Assembly (NCBI GenBank): GCA_032718475.1
Contig: JAUCBJ010003138.1
Span: 1 to 64,000, forward strand
DNA: 64,000 nt
Source: Nemertoderma westbladi
Lineage: Eukaryota > Animalia > Xenacoelomorpha
Direction of reading: 5' to 3'
Part shown: piece by piece, positions 9,655-22,527 of the stretch
Layout: each line of letters opens with the position of its first letter
Position numbering within the stretch: position 1 is the stretch's first letter
The notes under the pieces: generated by a model
What the model was told of the DNA's origin: nothing
The model's input: the letters and a program-made list of their open reading frames with translations, nothing else
Database searches by the model: none
Position numbers and translations under genes: made by a program

Positions 9655-12250
9655 TCCCAACTTCCACCACACTCCCAACTTCCGTCCCACTCCCAACTCC
9701 CGTCCCATTCCCAACTTCCACCACACTCCCAACTCCCGTCCCATTCCCAACTTCCACCACACTCCCAACTTCTGTCCCAATCCCAACTCCCGTCCCACTC
9801 CCAACTCCCGTCACATTCCCAACTTCCACCACACTCCCAACTCCCGTCCCATTCCCAACTTCCACCACACTCCCAACTCCCGTCCCATTCCCAACTTCCA
9901 CCACACTCCCAACTCCCGTCCCATTCCCAACTTCCACTACACTCCCAACTCCCGTCCCATTCCCAACTTCCACCACACTCCCAACTCCCGTCCCATTCCC
10001 AACTTCCGTCCCACTCCCAACTTCCGTCCCACTCCCAACTCCCATCCCATTCCCAACTTCCACCACACTCCCAACTCCCGCCCCATTCCCAACTTCCACC
10101 ACACCCCCAACTCCCGCCCCATTCCCAACTTCCATCACACTCCCAACTCCCGTCCCATTCCCAACTTCCACCACACTCCCAACTCCCGTCCCATTCCCAA
10201 CTTCCACTACACTCCCAACTCCCGTCCCATTCCCAACTTCCACCACACTCCCAACTCCCGTCCCACTCCCAACTTCCGTCCCACTCCCAACTTCCGTCCC
10301 ACTCCCAACTCCCATCCCATTCCCAACTTCCACCACACTCCCAACTCCCGCCCCATTCCCAACTTCCACCACACCCCCAACTCCCGCCCCATTCCCAACT
10401 TCCACCACACTCCCAACTCCCGTCCCACTCCCAACTTCCGTCCCACTCCCAACTTCCGTCCCACTCCCAACTTCCGTCCCACTCCCAACTCCCATCCCAT
10501 TCCCAACTTCCACCACACTCCCAACTCCCGCCCCATTCCCAACTTCCACCACACCCCCAACTCCCGCCCCATTCCCAACTTCCACCACACTCCCAACTTC
10601 CATCACACTCCCAACTTCCGTCCCACTCCCAACTTCCGTCCCACTCCCAACTCCCATCCCATTCCCAACTTCCACCACACTCCCAACTCCCGCCCCATTC
10701 CCAACTTCCACCACACCCCCAACTCCCGCCCCATTCCCAACTTCCACCACACTCCCAACTCCCGTCCCACTCCCAACTTCCGTCCCACTCCCAACTCCCA
10801 TCCCATTCCCAACTTCCACCACACTCCCAACTCCCGCCCCATTCCCAACTTCCACCACACTCCCAACTCCCGTCCCACTCCCAACTTCCGTCCCACTCCC
10901 AACTCCCGTCCCACTCCCAACTTCCGTCCCACTCCCAACTTCCATCACACTCCCAACTCCCGTCCCATTCCCAACTTCCACCACACTCCCAACTCCCGTC
11001 CCATTCCCAACTCCCGTCCCATCCCCAACTTCCGTCCCACTCCCAACTCCCGTCCCACTCCCAACTCCCGTCCCATTCCCAACTTCCACCACACTCCCAA
11101 CTCCCGTCCCATTCCTAACTTCCGTCCCACTCCCAACTCCTGTCCCACTCCCAACTCCCGTCGCATTCCCAACTTCCACCACACTCCCAACTCCCGCCCC
11201 ATTCCCAACTTCCACCACACCCCCAACTCCCGCCCCATTCCCAACTTCCACCACACTCCCAACTCCCGTCCCACTCCCAACTTCCGTCCCACTCCCAACT
11301 CCCGTCCCACTCCCAACTTCCGTCCCACTCCCAACTTCCATCACACTCCCAACTCCCGTCCCATTCCCAACTTCCACCACACTCCCAACTCCCGTCCCAT
11401 TCCCAACTCCCGTCCCATCCCCAACTTCCGTCCCACTCCCAACTCCCGTCCCACTCCCAACTCCCGTCCCATTCCCAACTTCCACCACACTCCCAACTCC
11501 CGTCCCATTCCTAACTTCCGTCCCACTCCCAACTTCCGTCCCACTCCCAACTCCCATCCCATTCCCAACTTCCACCACACTCCCAACTCCCGCCCCATTC
11601 CCAACTTCCACCACACCCCCAACTCCCGCCCCATTCCCAACTTCCACCACACTCCCAACTCCCATCCCATTCCCAACTTCCACCACACTCCCAACTCCCG
11701 CCCCATTCCCAACTTCCACCACACCCCCAACTCCCGCCCCATTCCCAACTTCCACCACACTCCCAACTCCCGTCCCACTCCCAACTTCCGTCCCACTCCC
11801 AACTCCCATCCCATTCCCAACTTCCACCACACTCCCAACTCCCGCCCCATTCCCAACTTCCACCACACTCCCAACTCCCGTCCCACTCCCAACTTCCGTC
11901 CCACTCCCAACTCCCGTCCCACTCCCAACTCCCGTCCCATTCCCAACTTCCGTCCCACTCCCAACTCCCGTCCCATTCCCAACTTCCACTACACTCCCAA
12001 CTCCCGTCCCATTCCCAACTTCCACCATACTCCCAACTCCCGTCCCATTCCCAACTTCCGTCCCACTCCCAACTCCCTCCCACTCCCAACTCCCGTCCCA
12101 TTCCCAACTTCCACTACACTCCCAACTCCCGTCCCATTCCCAACTTCCGTCCCACTCCCAACTCCCGTCCCATTCCCAACTTCCACCACAATCCTAACTC
12201 CCGTCCCATTCCCAACTTCCGTCCCACTCCCAACTCCCGTCCCCAACTCC
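9655..12250. repeat. 2.6-kb C-rich/G-rich minisatellite, 18-bp unit built from 6-bp subunits
   Basis: Units TCCCAACTCCCGTCCCAT, TCCCAACTTCCACCACAC and TCCCAACTTCCGTCCCAC; long ORFs on both strands follow from stop-free units. Confidence 0.95.
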
Positions 12251-13009
12251 ACAGTTTTACTTATGTTTGAGGCCTGACCAACTAACCCTAACCAAAATAA
12301 CAAACCAAATATCCCATAAAAGCTAAGACAGCAAGGTGTGGCCCACAATAGACTTCGTAGTGGCAGCTATGGCAGACAGTCAAGTTACAGTATAATACTA
12401 CCAGTACGGTAGATGAAACTGTTAGTACCTGAAAGTGCATTGAACCAACTTCACAGAAACATGAAGAAAGTAAAGTAACCAACCTTAGTGGTGAATCTTG
12501 TACAGCTTCCGCATCCATAGTAATAGTAGCTGGACTCTGGACAGTGGAGTACAGAAGATGGACTTGTTTCTTCAGAATCTTGTATGACTTAAAGGTACCG
12601 GTACATCTTGAAATAAATATCCTTTGCTTTTATGTAATTCGCACATATCTAAATGTAAAAAATAAAGGAATATATAAACTCAGAGACTTTCACAATATAC
12701 ATGTCGGATGTCGCCGGTGGTACTTAAACTTGATTGATGGATACAGATAGAACTAAGCAACCTACTGCCCTTCACCCTACAGCCCAATGAAACATAAACT
12801 GATAATAAACATTTCAGAAGCACTGCAATTATATGGTACGGTAACCGATGAAGCTTCCTAAAAATTATATTGTATGCCATTTGATTTGATACCGGTAATA
12901 ATAGTAAGTATAAAGGCATTTAGATTGAATGTTACATTTAAAAAAAGAAACCGGAGGCGGAGGCCGGCCCCATTTTTATACAGGTAGCTGCTAGGTCATA
13001 TAGGTAGAG

Positions 13010-13244
13010 GTGGGCGCTACTCATGTATCCCAGTATCCCTAGTTTTGTTCTCCTCAGTACCGTAATTCAACTGGTACTCATTTTCTCGACGCCATTCAGC
13101 CATTGGATGAAAGGCTGAGTGGACCCTAGCACTGGCGGGGTTCGAACCTCGAACCTACATCCTACAACCAGCAATAGATAGTGAGCCTGAAGCCTGGCAC
13201 GCACAGTGGCACATGGCGCTCAACAACTGAGCTACCCCGCGCCC
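13010..13244 (-). mobile_element. tRNA-derived SINE
   Basis: Minus strand GGGCGCGGGGTAGCTCAGTTG (A box) ... GGTTCGAACCC (B box, 13148-13138), then GTCCACTCAGCCTTTCATCC...GTCGAGAAAATGAGTACCAG, resembling a conserved central domain of metazoan SINEs. Confidence 0.8.
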
Positions 13245-14759
13245 GCCTTCAATAAAAAATCTACCAATAAATATTAGGGCCTACATTTACTTAGGCCTAA
13301 TGATTTATTTTTTAATTTAATCTAATTAATCACCTTAGGCCTATTTATTTATTTTAAATTTTGGTTACCGGTCCGGTACCTACCGGTAATCGAGTGTAAT
13401 TATAAATAAATAAATTTAATGTACGGCGGAATAAATACATTGAAATATATTTATTACAGCAGTATTATACAGTAGGCTACATTGTAGGCCTAGTTAAGAA
13501 AAAGAATATTGTCAAAGATATTCGCATTGTATGCATAAGTAGGATAGGCCAGGCCTGTATCACAGTTAAAGTAAATAAAAAAAATAACTATGAAACAATA
13601 TAATAATTAACAGTCCAATTCAACAAAAATAAGTGTACCAGTAACAACAATAAATCACAGTATAACTCAATATGCTTCCAACTGCCCAATACATACCTCA
13701 ACTTTCAAGCCAGCCCATCAAGAGGGGCATATTCCAGTAGCAGTCTTCAAATCCACATGTAGAAGAGAGTAGGCCAAGAACTATCTTAGAACAGTTACAA
13801 TCAGATAACTATACCGCTACCGCGGTAGGAGTTATAGGATAACGCTCAACAGGATAAGCTAATAAGTTCAGAAGTTATAAGATAATAAATAATTATAAAT
13901 GAGACAATAAAATATCACACAAATTACCAATCCAACTGCCCTATATATATATACAGACACCGGCTCCTCTACCTCAAGCTAGGCCGTCCACCCTCCCCAA
14001 TAAGGCACTGTGAATGGCTAATAATCTTACCACAGTATTAATGAGAGGCCGGTTTAACTAATGCAATTAATTGGCAGATTGGGTTTTAAACATAGAAATA
14101 TCTCAACTGAACAACTAACACTAAAGACCACAACAACTGGACATGCTGGGAACACTACACTACACACCTTGATCACATGCTTATATAATAGCTTGTACGG
14201 ACAGGCCGGTTTTCATTGGGGGGTCCATAGGGTGGAGACTGGTAGATTGGATTGGGATGTCAGATTGGAATGTGGTGTGGAGTGTTAGGAATGTATATGA
14301 ATCAGCAGTCCGGTAGAGGTTTACATATTTAAAAGAACTGCCGAAATATAAGTTATATGAGTATTATTTGTTATGATTTCTACCATTATATTCTTCCACG
14401 CAAAGTTCCTAGTCCTATAGGTCCAATCAAAACATTCTGTATATTGCCAATGGTTCAACGTAATCAAAGAGACGACGCTAGACACGCACGCAGCCAATCC
14501 CAGTGAAAAATGCACGCAAATAAGTAGTCATAAGTGATAATTCTAGAAAGGCTTTTCTGCGAATGTAGGCTATTGTGTAATTCATTTCAGTACCGGTCTG
14601 CCTAACTGTCTGCACCAGGTGTCTGCACCAGGTGTCTGCACCAGGTGTCTGCTTAACATTTACACCCCAATTCCGCTTGGTTTATATCTTGATTATCAAT
14701 AAAATAGTAACGTGAAATATTTATGGAGCGTATATTTGAGAATGTTGAAATAATGCGTT

Positions 14760-15856
14760 TAGTAGTGTGACCAGCGTCTTGAAATTCCGCTTACCTCTAG
14801 CGGCAGACTGGAGAAATGCAGATCGACCATCTTCCTCAGAAAGACGCAGCATGTGCTCTAGTACATATGCCAATATTCACTTTAAATAAATTAATATCAA
14901 GGAATTGGGGACAGTTATACATTTCGCCCTCTAGCGGCAGACTGGAGGACTCCAGACCGTTTACTGCCCACCAAAGACTCAGGCCGACTTCTACTACATA
15001 TCTGCTACGTTTCAGCTTGAACGGATCATAAATAACGAGATGGGAGAAAGATTTCACTTTCAAACATTTCGCCCTCTAGCGGCAGACTGAAGAACTGCAC
15101 ACGGATTAGCCTTCAATTCAATTCAATTCCTTCTTTCAAAGTCACAGCTAATGGTCTAGTACATATCTGCCAAATTTCAGCATAAATGGATTAAAAGCAA
15201 AGAAATGGGAGGACATTTAACGTTTAGACATGTGGCCCTCTAGCAGGAGACTATTGCTCTGATGGTGTCTGAAAGTCTCTCAAACGTCTCAACTTTTGAT
15301 CATATTGATGCCTACAAATTTTCAACTTGGCAGCTTTAAATTCGACAAAGTTATAAGCATGTCAATATCATAACGACGACAACGATTTCACTTTCAGACA
15401 TTTGGCCCTCTAGCGGCAGACTGGAGAACTGCAGATGGATTCGCCTCCTTTGAAAGTCACAGCTAATGGTCTAATACATATCTGCCAAGTTTCAGCTTAA
15501 ACGGATTAAAAGCAAAGAAATGGGAGGGCATTTAATGTTTAGACATGTGGCCCTCTAGCGGGAGACCATTGCACTGATGGTGTCTGAAAGTCTCTCAAAA
15601 ATCTCAACTTTTGCTCATATTGATACCTACAAATTTTCAACTTGGCAGCTTTAAATCCGACAAAGTTATTAGCATGTCAAAATCGTAACGACGACGACAA
15701 CGACGACGACGACAACGACGACGACGACAACGACGACGACGACGACGACGACAACTATTTGCATAAATTGACCCACCCCCTAACAGTGTCAATTCGCTAA
15801 GGCTCCGCCAACTTCGTGGCTCGCCCCACAGCCTGTTGGGGCAGACTTGTCTAATT
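14760..15856. mobile_element. Non-autonomous Helentron-associated (HINE/DINE-1-like) element; left boundary approximate
   Basis: Internal tandem duplication with 315-bp spacing (AAAGTCACAG at 15138 and 15453), repeated GCCCTCTAGCGG motifs, (ACG)n/(ACA) microsatellite ~15688-15754, terminal hairpin GCCCCA..TGGGGC and CTAAT end. Confidence 0.6.
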
Positions 15857-15972
15857 AAACGGTGTGTTTCAACAATAGTCTAATGACGTACCGGTAGGCC
15901 TACACATATTTGGTAGTCCAGTACTAAGGACGTTGGAATATTAAAGTCATCGTCAAAAATATTTTGTTTCAG

Positions 15973-16097
15973 TTTGCGTTGAAACTGCTGATACCCACTT
16001 GAACTGTGCTTCCTGGGCTACCGACGGCCAATGCACAGTGAACCCAGCCTACATGTACGTTCACTGTCAGACTTCCTGCAACAAATGCGGTTATTAG
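15973..16097 (+). CDS. Terminal exon encoding an ShKT (ShK toxin-like) domain
   Basis: Acceptor ttttgtttcag, then CVETADTHLNCASWATDGQCTVNPAYMYVHCQTSCNKCGY*; six Cys with W and G-x-C pattern; phase-1 acceptor. Upstream exons not identified. Confidence 0.85.
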
Positions 16098-17029
16098 ATG
16101 AGTTGATGAAATCGCACCATTCAAAACCATCCTAAGGAAATAATATTACACTCTGTGGTTAATTACAGTATAATATTTATGGTGAAGGGTTCTCCTGACA
16201 TTCAACTCAAGTAAAATACTTTCATGCTCATTCATGAAAGAATACACATTAACATCAATATTTTATCTATCTACAGTATATTCCACATTAATATGGCCTT
16301 TAAAACCCTTTGCACTTATTTGTGTGAAATATTACTTGATTAACAGAATAACATCGTGGTAATTATTATGATGGTAGAAAGTAGAAAACTACTGTAGAAG
16401 GTAGAAAGAGAAACAGAAATGTAGGTTGGCAAAGATTGTTAAGTTTATTAGAATATTTTTCTATCATTAGAGACCATATAATATGAGATCATAAATTGCA
16501 CAGATACTGTAGCACCAAGAAAGGACCATTATTCGATTAAATAAAAGTAAGCGGAAAATACCGCCTTATTCATTCATTATCACTTTAGCAAAATTCAACT
16601 ATTCTGTCCGCGTGGTTGAGTTTTAAACTGTTTTTAGATTGTTAGTATTGGTATTGAACATGATTGAACATCTGCGCTAACATCTGGGTATACAGAAGGA
16701 ATTCTATGCAAAATCATTTTTTCCGCGCACTATTCGCAAAATTCTTGGAATAATCTACCTAGTAGCACCAGGCAACCAACCCACCATGCCGTTATTCAAA
16801 CGCCTAATATATCCTCTTCCCAATGTTAACAAGTACAGTGTCATTATTTCGGTGATCGTTTTACTGAGGTAATTCTACAGTATATCAACTACTGTACGCT
16901 ACGCCTATAATTCAGTAGGCCTACTCTTGCATCTGATATATGGTAAAGCGACAATTGAATTCAACTGAATCTACCTCTTGATGATTCCGACATATCAATT
17001 TCCTCGCTCCAAACTATTATTTTTTAAGA

Positions 17030-17245
17030 TACTACTACTACTACTAGGATCGGCATGCTGCATTGCAGCTTCATTTTTAAGAATGCTGTGCCGGATTGTC
17101 GACAAAATTGCGCCGCCACAATTCCCTATCACCCAGGGCATTTGCTAGATCATCCGCATCTTCAAGGCCAGTGTCATTTAAGATGCCTCTCAAGAAAGTC
17201 ATGGGTTGTCCACCATGCTTATTCACTCCATGAGGCTGCCAAATT
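17030..17245 (-). mobile_element. 3' end fragment of an RTE-like LINE with (TAG)n tail
   Basis: Homologous to 27866-28090 and 58045-58325 (WQPHGVNKHGGQPMTFLR..LKDTGLEDADDL); (ACT)n on the plus strand at ~17030-17046. Confidence 0.8.
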
Positions 17246-18111
17246 GGATTATGACTTTCCCTGATTTGGTAAAGTGGCTGTTTATTGTATTGGTTAGAAA
17301 ATCCGGCCTTAACCTGCTCCTTTCCATCAATTGGTAATTGTTTTTGGCTATAAAATGAGTGTTTTGCTACGTCATGTGGTAATCGATTATCGACAACAAC
17401 CACAAACTATTAAATTTAGAGTCTTTTACCACATGCGCAAATGGAATTCTATCTCATAGTCTATAAATCATGGAATCATTGAATGTTTTGGCACAGGCAT
17501 AGTGAAACCAACTGTCCGACAGACCAGAAATCAACAAATTTTGAATGTTTTGGCATAGGCATGTTGAAATCAACTGTCTGACAGTCCAGAAATCAGCAGT
17601 CTGACAGTTTGAAGAAATACATACATAAAAAGTAATTAAAAGGACAATAAAAGTCATTAAAAGGACAACAAAAGTCATTATGCACAATTCGTAAAAAAGG
17701 GAGGACAAAAAAAGTCAAATAAAAAGACATAAAAAATCACTGCCATACTTTAATATAAATTAAAACGATATAAAGATTTTTTTTTTATTAATTATTTTAT
17801 TATATATCTATTACTTATCAAAGAATTTGATTTACACAATAAATAGTAATATAGCATGACACAAGTACTCATATTGAAATGTAATAAAATGTACTTAGTG
17901 GTTTTGTAAACAGAATATAATAATACATTACGTGATTTAAATTACATAGTGATTACACTGAAAGACGACAGTCTGATATATTAGTGGGAGATGGTGTCTT
18001 GGTATGTATTGTAAGTTTGCTCGCAAATATACAGAGTTTTCAGCATTCTGATACTTTTTCTGACCCAATAATAAATAAATAATAAATAAATTATAAATAA
18101 ATAAATAATCC

Positions 18112-18248
18112 TTACAAACCTTCGCCATCGTCACAGTAGTTGCAGGATGTCTGACAGTAGTTGTACATGTATGCTTTGTTTTTACCGCATTCTCCATCAG
18201 CAGCCCAACCTGGGCAGTACGCATGCAGGTCGGGTCTTTCATGACAGA
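18112..18248 (-). CDS. ShKT-domain exon
   Basis: Acceptor tttcag at 18250-18249; CHERPDLHAYCPGWAADGECGKNKAYMYNYCQTSCNYCDDGEG, followed by either a donor (18119 or 18115) or a stop at 18114-18112. Confidence 0.85.
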
Positions 18249-18452
18249 CTGAAACAATGAAATAAACTAATGTTATTTCTACTGGCAGTGAGTAGATTCC
18301 GACTGTAGGGATAAATACTTGTCGAGGGTTTGAAACAGAGAGCTGATGAGTTCGATGGAAAATAATATCTGTTGTTGCGAGATATATTAGGTTCAAAAAT
18401 TTTAGACCAATCTCAATTACATTGCGTATAATAATATAATATATTAATGACC

Positions 18453-18663
18453 GGATGTAAACGCTACGCCGACAGCCGACAACCACTGCCGACAACTGCA
18501 AATATGAAAATGTAACCTGAGTTCGTCACACTCGTTTATTGTTTTGGTTAGAATAACCTCCCACTGTAACCTGTTCCTTTCCCTCAATTGACAATTAACA
18601 TTAATTAGCTTAAGTAATGGTTGTCGGCGTTGGTTATCGTTTGTCGGCGTAGCGTTTACACCC
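18453..18663. mobile_element. 211-bp Mutator-like MITE
   Basis: TIR GG(A/G)TGTAAACGCTACGCCGACA at both ends; perfect 9-bp TSD TTAATGACC at 18444-18452 and 18664-18672. Confidence 0.9.
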
Positions 18664-19194
18664 TTAATGACCGATATTCTCAAGTTCACATCAAGGACTT
18701 CTGGTCCCAAGTGTGGTGACATTTGATGTACGTAGTTACCAATAGACAATATAGAGGAATGAACTGTTACAAAGTCACATGTTAAATAATCAAATAATAT
18801 CCACATCTGACCGTTAATGATAATGTATATTATTAACACCACTCATCTGATCAATGAGTTACAAGTTGTCTTATTACTGTTGTTGTTTTTGTTCATCTTA
18901 TTACTAAGCAGTTGCAACAGCTCATCTCCAATATATTTAATTAAGCAGTAATAAACGAGTTCCAGTTCCTCATTTCGGTCACATAAAGAAGCAGAATTTT
19001 AAAATACAATTTTATGTAATCTTAGGTCTACAGTAAGTACTGTGAAAAATACAGTAGGATATTTTATGATATAGAACTTAAGATTTTATCGGTTACCTTC
19101 ACAAAGCATCCCCCATCTGTAGAGAGTATACCAAAGTATTTTATATTTGTTTGGTTTAAAACGAAATTATTTGTAAATCTTCAGATTTACTTAC

Positions 19195-19680
19195 TGTAAG
19201 AAAATCGTGTCTGTCTGTCTGTTTGTTTGTTTGTCACACGAAAGGCTCCGAATCTATCCGGTCAATTGTGTTGCTTTAGTACCCTCCTGTAGTGTAGGGC
19301 CTATGGTCTGAATGGGTGCATAAAGGAATTTTCAGAAAAATACACTCATTAGTTTTTGCAAAAAATGAAATAAACGAAAAGTGCCATAGACGCAATGGTA
19401 AAATAACACCAATAACAGCTGGTGTTCATGATGAAAAATGGCTTATGTAATGGATTTCTACACAGGCTTAGTATAAATCGATGAGGTTGCCAAGATTATT
19501 GTACTTATCACCCATACTGTTTGCTTAGGCCCTACTACATAAACTCCTCTCCTCTCCCTTACAAAATTGAAATTCTTCATTGGGAGGGTAGCATTAGTGT
19601 GTGTTAAATATTTTACATTAAACGTAAATTAACCAACATTACTGACTTTGGGGTTTTCCTGTATTGATCACTATAGCAAA
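19195..19680 (+). mobile_element. Possible HINE/Helentron-derived non-autonomous element
   Basis: (GTCT)n(GTTT)n microsatellite near the start (19209-19234), as in DINE-1-like elements; boundaries not resolved. Confidence 0.35.
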
Positions 19681-20628
19681 GGTATAGATATAAGGTAGAG
19701 TGTAAGTCTCTGATCAAACTTTTGCTATAGTGTTAAATATTATATACAACTGATAGCCTTATCAGTCAAGGTATGGGCGAATGTGAATTTATTACTAATA
19801 ATTCCAGGTCAATGAATTTTAGTAATAATGTAATTACTACAATAATTGGTGTAATTAGATTCATGAGAGGGAAATGTTGGTATTTTTGTTTCAACTGATG
19901 GTATCTGTCTGTGTTGTGTAGTAGTGGAATATAGTTGACATTGTACACAACAAATATTTAATATAAATTTAAATATTATTATTACTGTATAAGTATACAG
20001 TATATTCAATGTATTTAATCAAATAAACTGACATGTAAATAAAACTGTAAAAAGGCGGTTACTAGAATCGCACAGACAACGCTAAGAATAAATAAAATTA
20101 ATGTCCACAGTTACAGTAATAAACGATTTAGCCAATGCGATGTAGCAGTTGCAAAAGGTGCATTGTGGGGTTTAATATTATTTATTACTGTACTCAGGAG
20201 CAATGTATGTTGTATATGTCCATGGAAAAGTACTTTAAAATAGTAGAACAATTTTTAAGAAAGACTTTAGAAAAATAGTAATTTACGCCCGCCATATCGT
20301 AAATCCCCTTTACAAAATTTTCGCTTGCTACTTCTTTAACAGAGAACGATCCATTTTTAATGTTTTCTGTCACTGTATTCTGGTCATATAGTGTCATATG
20401 GACTTTTCTGAATTAGCACTTCTTTACTTAGATAGTAGAGGCACTTTGCTATTGTTTACATTTTAATGTATAAATATACCAATCTGTCTATACGGTACTG
20501 TAGGCCTATACTTCGTAATGAATACCGGTAAACCCAGCATCTACGTACGTACAAGCTCTCACAAGTTACCACTCACAAATCTTTGAAATTTTATAAATAA
20601 TAACAATTTAAATTGTTAGTAGGCCTAC

Positions 20629-20757
20629 CTGTCCCATCGTCGCAAACGTTACACGAAGTTTCACAATTTGTTAGCATGTAACTCGGGTTTAAAGCGCATT
20701 CACCTTCCGCCGCCCAGCCTGGGCAATAGAAATTGTAGTCAGGTTTCTCACAGCAAG
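20629..20757 (-). CDS. ShKT-domain exon (129 nt, phase 1-1)
   Basis: Acceptor atatag, CCEKPDYNFYCPGWAAEGECALNPSYMLTNCETSCNVCDDGT, donor GTAGGC at 20628. Confidence 0.88.
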
Positions 20758-21054
20758 CTATATAAAAATTAAAATAAATATTAATCTCTAAATGTATGTA
20801 ATTCACTTTTTTAACACTGGTAAATGCAAATGAGTGTCATACAGAATCAAAACAAGAACTTAAATTAAATAAATGCTACTTTATTAAAATTTAATATTTA
20901 ATTAAATTGAACTGAAATTGAACATTTAATTAAATTACATTATATATTTAATTAAATTACATTATATATTTAATTAAATTACATTATATTTAATATATAA
21001 TGTAATTTAATTAAATGTATTGTGTTACAAATCTACTGTAATGTAAATGTAATG

Positions 21055-22145
21055 TTATATCTGGGGGCGCTATGTTGCTGGGTCTGCCGGCACTGTGTGT
21101 GTATGGCCGACTGTGAGATCTGGGAGCGTCATTTTTCTGGCTCCACCGGTACTGTGTATGGCTGATTGTGAGATCTGGCATGCTATGTTGCTGGGTCCGC
21201 CGACACTGTGTATGGCTGATTGTGAGATCTGGGGCGCTATGTTGCTTGGTCTGTTGGCACTGTGTATAGCTGACCGTTAGATCTGGGATAACTATGTTGC
21301 TTGGTTTGCTGGCACTGTGTATGACTGACCGTGAGATTTGGGGGGCAGTCTTTGTTACTGGGTACGCCGGCACTGTTTATGTCTGACCATTAAATCTGGG
21401 GTTCTATGTTGCTGGCTCCATCGGCACTGTGTATGGCTGACCGTTAGACCTGGGGTGCTATGTTGCTGGGTCTACTGGTATATGTATGGTTGACTACGAG
21501 ATCTGAGGGCGCTATGTTGCTGGGTTAACCGGCACTGTGTGTGGCTGACCGTGAGAGCTGGGGGCGCTATGTTGCTTGTTCCGCTGGCACTGTTTATGGC
21601 TGACCTCGAGATCTTGGGCGCTATGTTGCTGGATCCGGCGGCATTGTGCGTGGCTGACCGCGAGATCTTGGCCGCTATGTTGCTGGGTCCGCCGGTAGAG
21701 GGCGCTATGTTGCTGAATCCGCCTGGACTCTGTGTGGCTGACCACTAGATTTATGGGCGCTATGTTGCTGGATCCGGCGGCACTGTGCGTGGCTGACCGT
21801 GAGATCTTGGCCGCTATGTTGCTGGGTCCGCCGGTAGAGGGCGCTATGTTGCTGAATCCGCCTGGACTCTGTGTGGCTGACCACTAGATCTATGGGCGCT
21901 ATGTTGCTGGATCCGGCGGCACTGTGCGTGGCTGACCGCGAGATCTTGGCCGCTATGTTACTGGGTCCGCCGGCACTATGTATGGCTGACCGTGAGATCT
22001 TGGCCGCTATGTTGCTGGGTCCGCCGGTAGAGGGCGCTATGTTGCTAAATCCGCCTGGACTCTGTGTGGCTGACCACTAGATCTATGGGCGCGATGTTGC
22101 TGGGTCCCCTGTAGAGGGCGCTATGTTGCTGGGTCCGCCGGCACT
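21055..22145. repeat. GC-rich minisatellite, ~51-53-bp unit with shorter variants
   Basis: Unit approximately GGGCGCTATGTTGCTGGGTCCGCCGGCACTGTGTATGGCTGACCGTGAGATCT, about 20 copies. Confidence 0.9.
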
Positions 22146-22527
22146 GCACTGCACCGTGCGTAGTGCAAACCGATCATCATCATAGCGTAACTTTTTGGAT
22201 AGAAGAAGTAAATTTTACCTCCTTTGTGTTCAGGAGACACAAAGGAGAAGGAACTGTTCAGTACGTATTTTTTCCGTTCCTGGCCAAATGATAAACAGTG
22301 AATTATCTTGGCAAAAAGATTATTTTCTTTGCGTACCTGCCTGATGATTTAAATAACAAAGTGCGGGAACTGTCGCCTAGGCTACATGCACGAGGAATTT
22401 ACAAATGTAAAACAAGTCGAGCTACTGTAATCAGGCGCGGATCCAGAGTAATTTTTCATTTATTTATATTTTTTGGGAGATGGGTCAAACGTTAACAAAT
22501 ATGTAACTCAGTATGGGGGTATGGGGG

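Noticed and set aside
9474-12348. Many long ORFs on both strands as real genes
   Set aside because: Explained by stop-free 18-bp units; no signal peptide or splice support. Kept only as a hypothesis in findings.
13138-13244. tRNA gene
   Set aside because: A and B boxes are present but no cloverleaf could be built and a SINE-like body follows.
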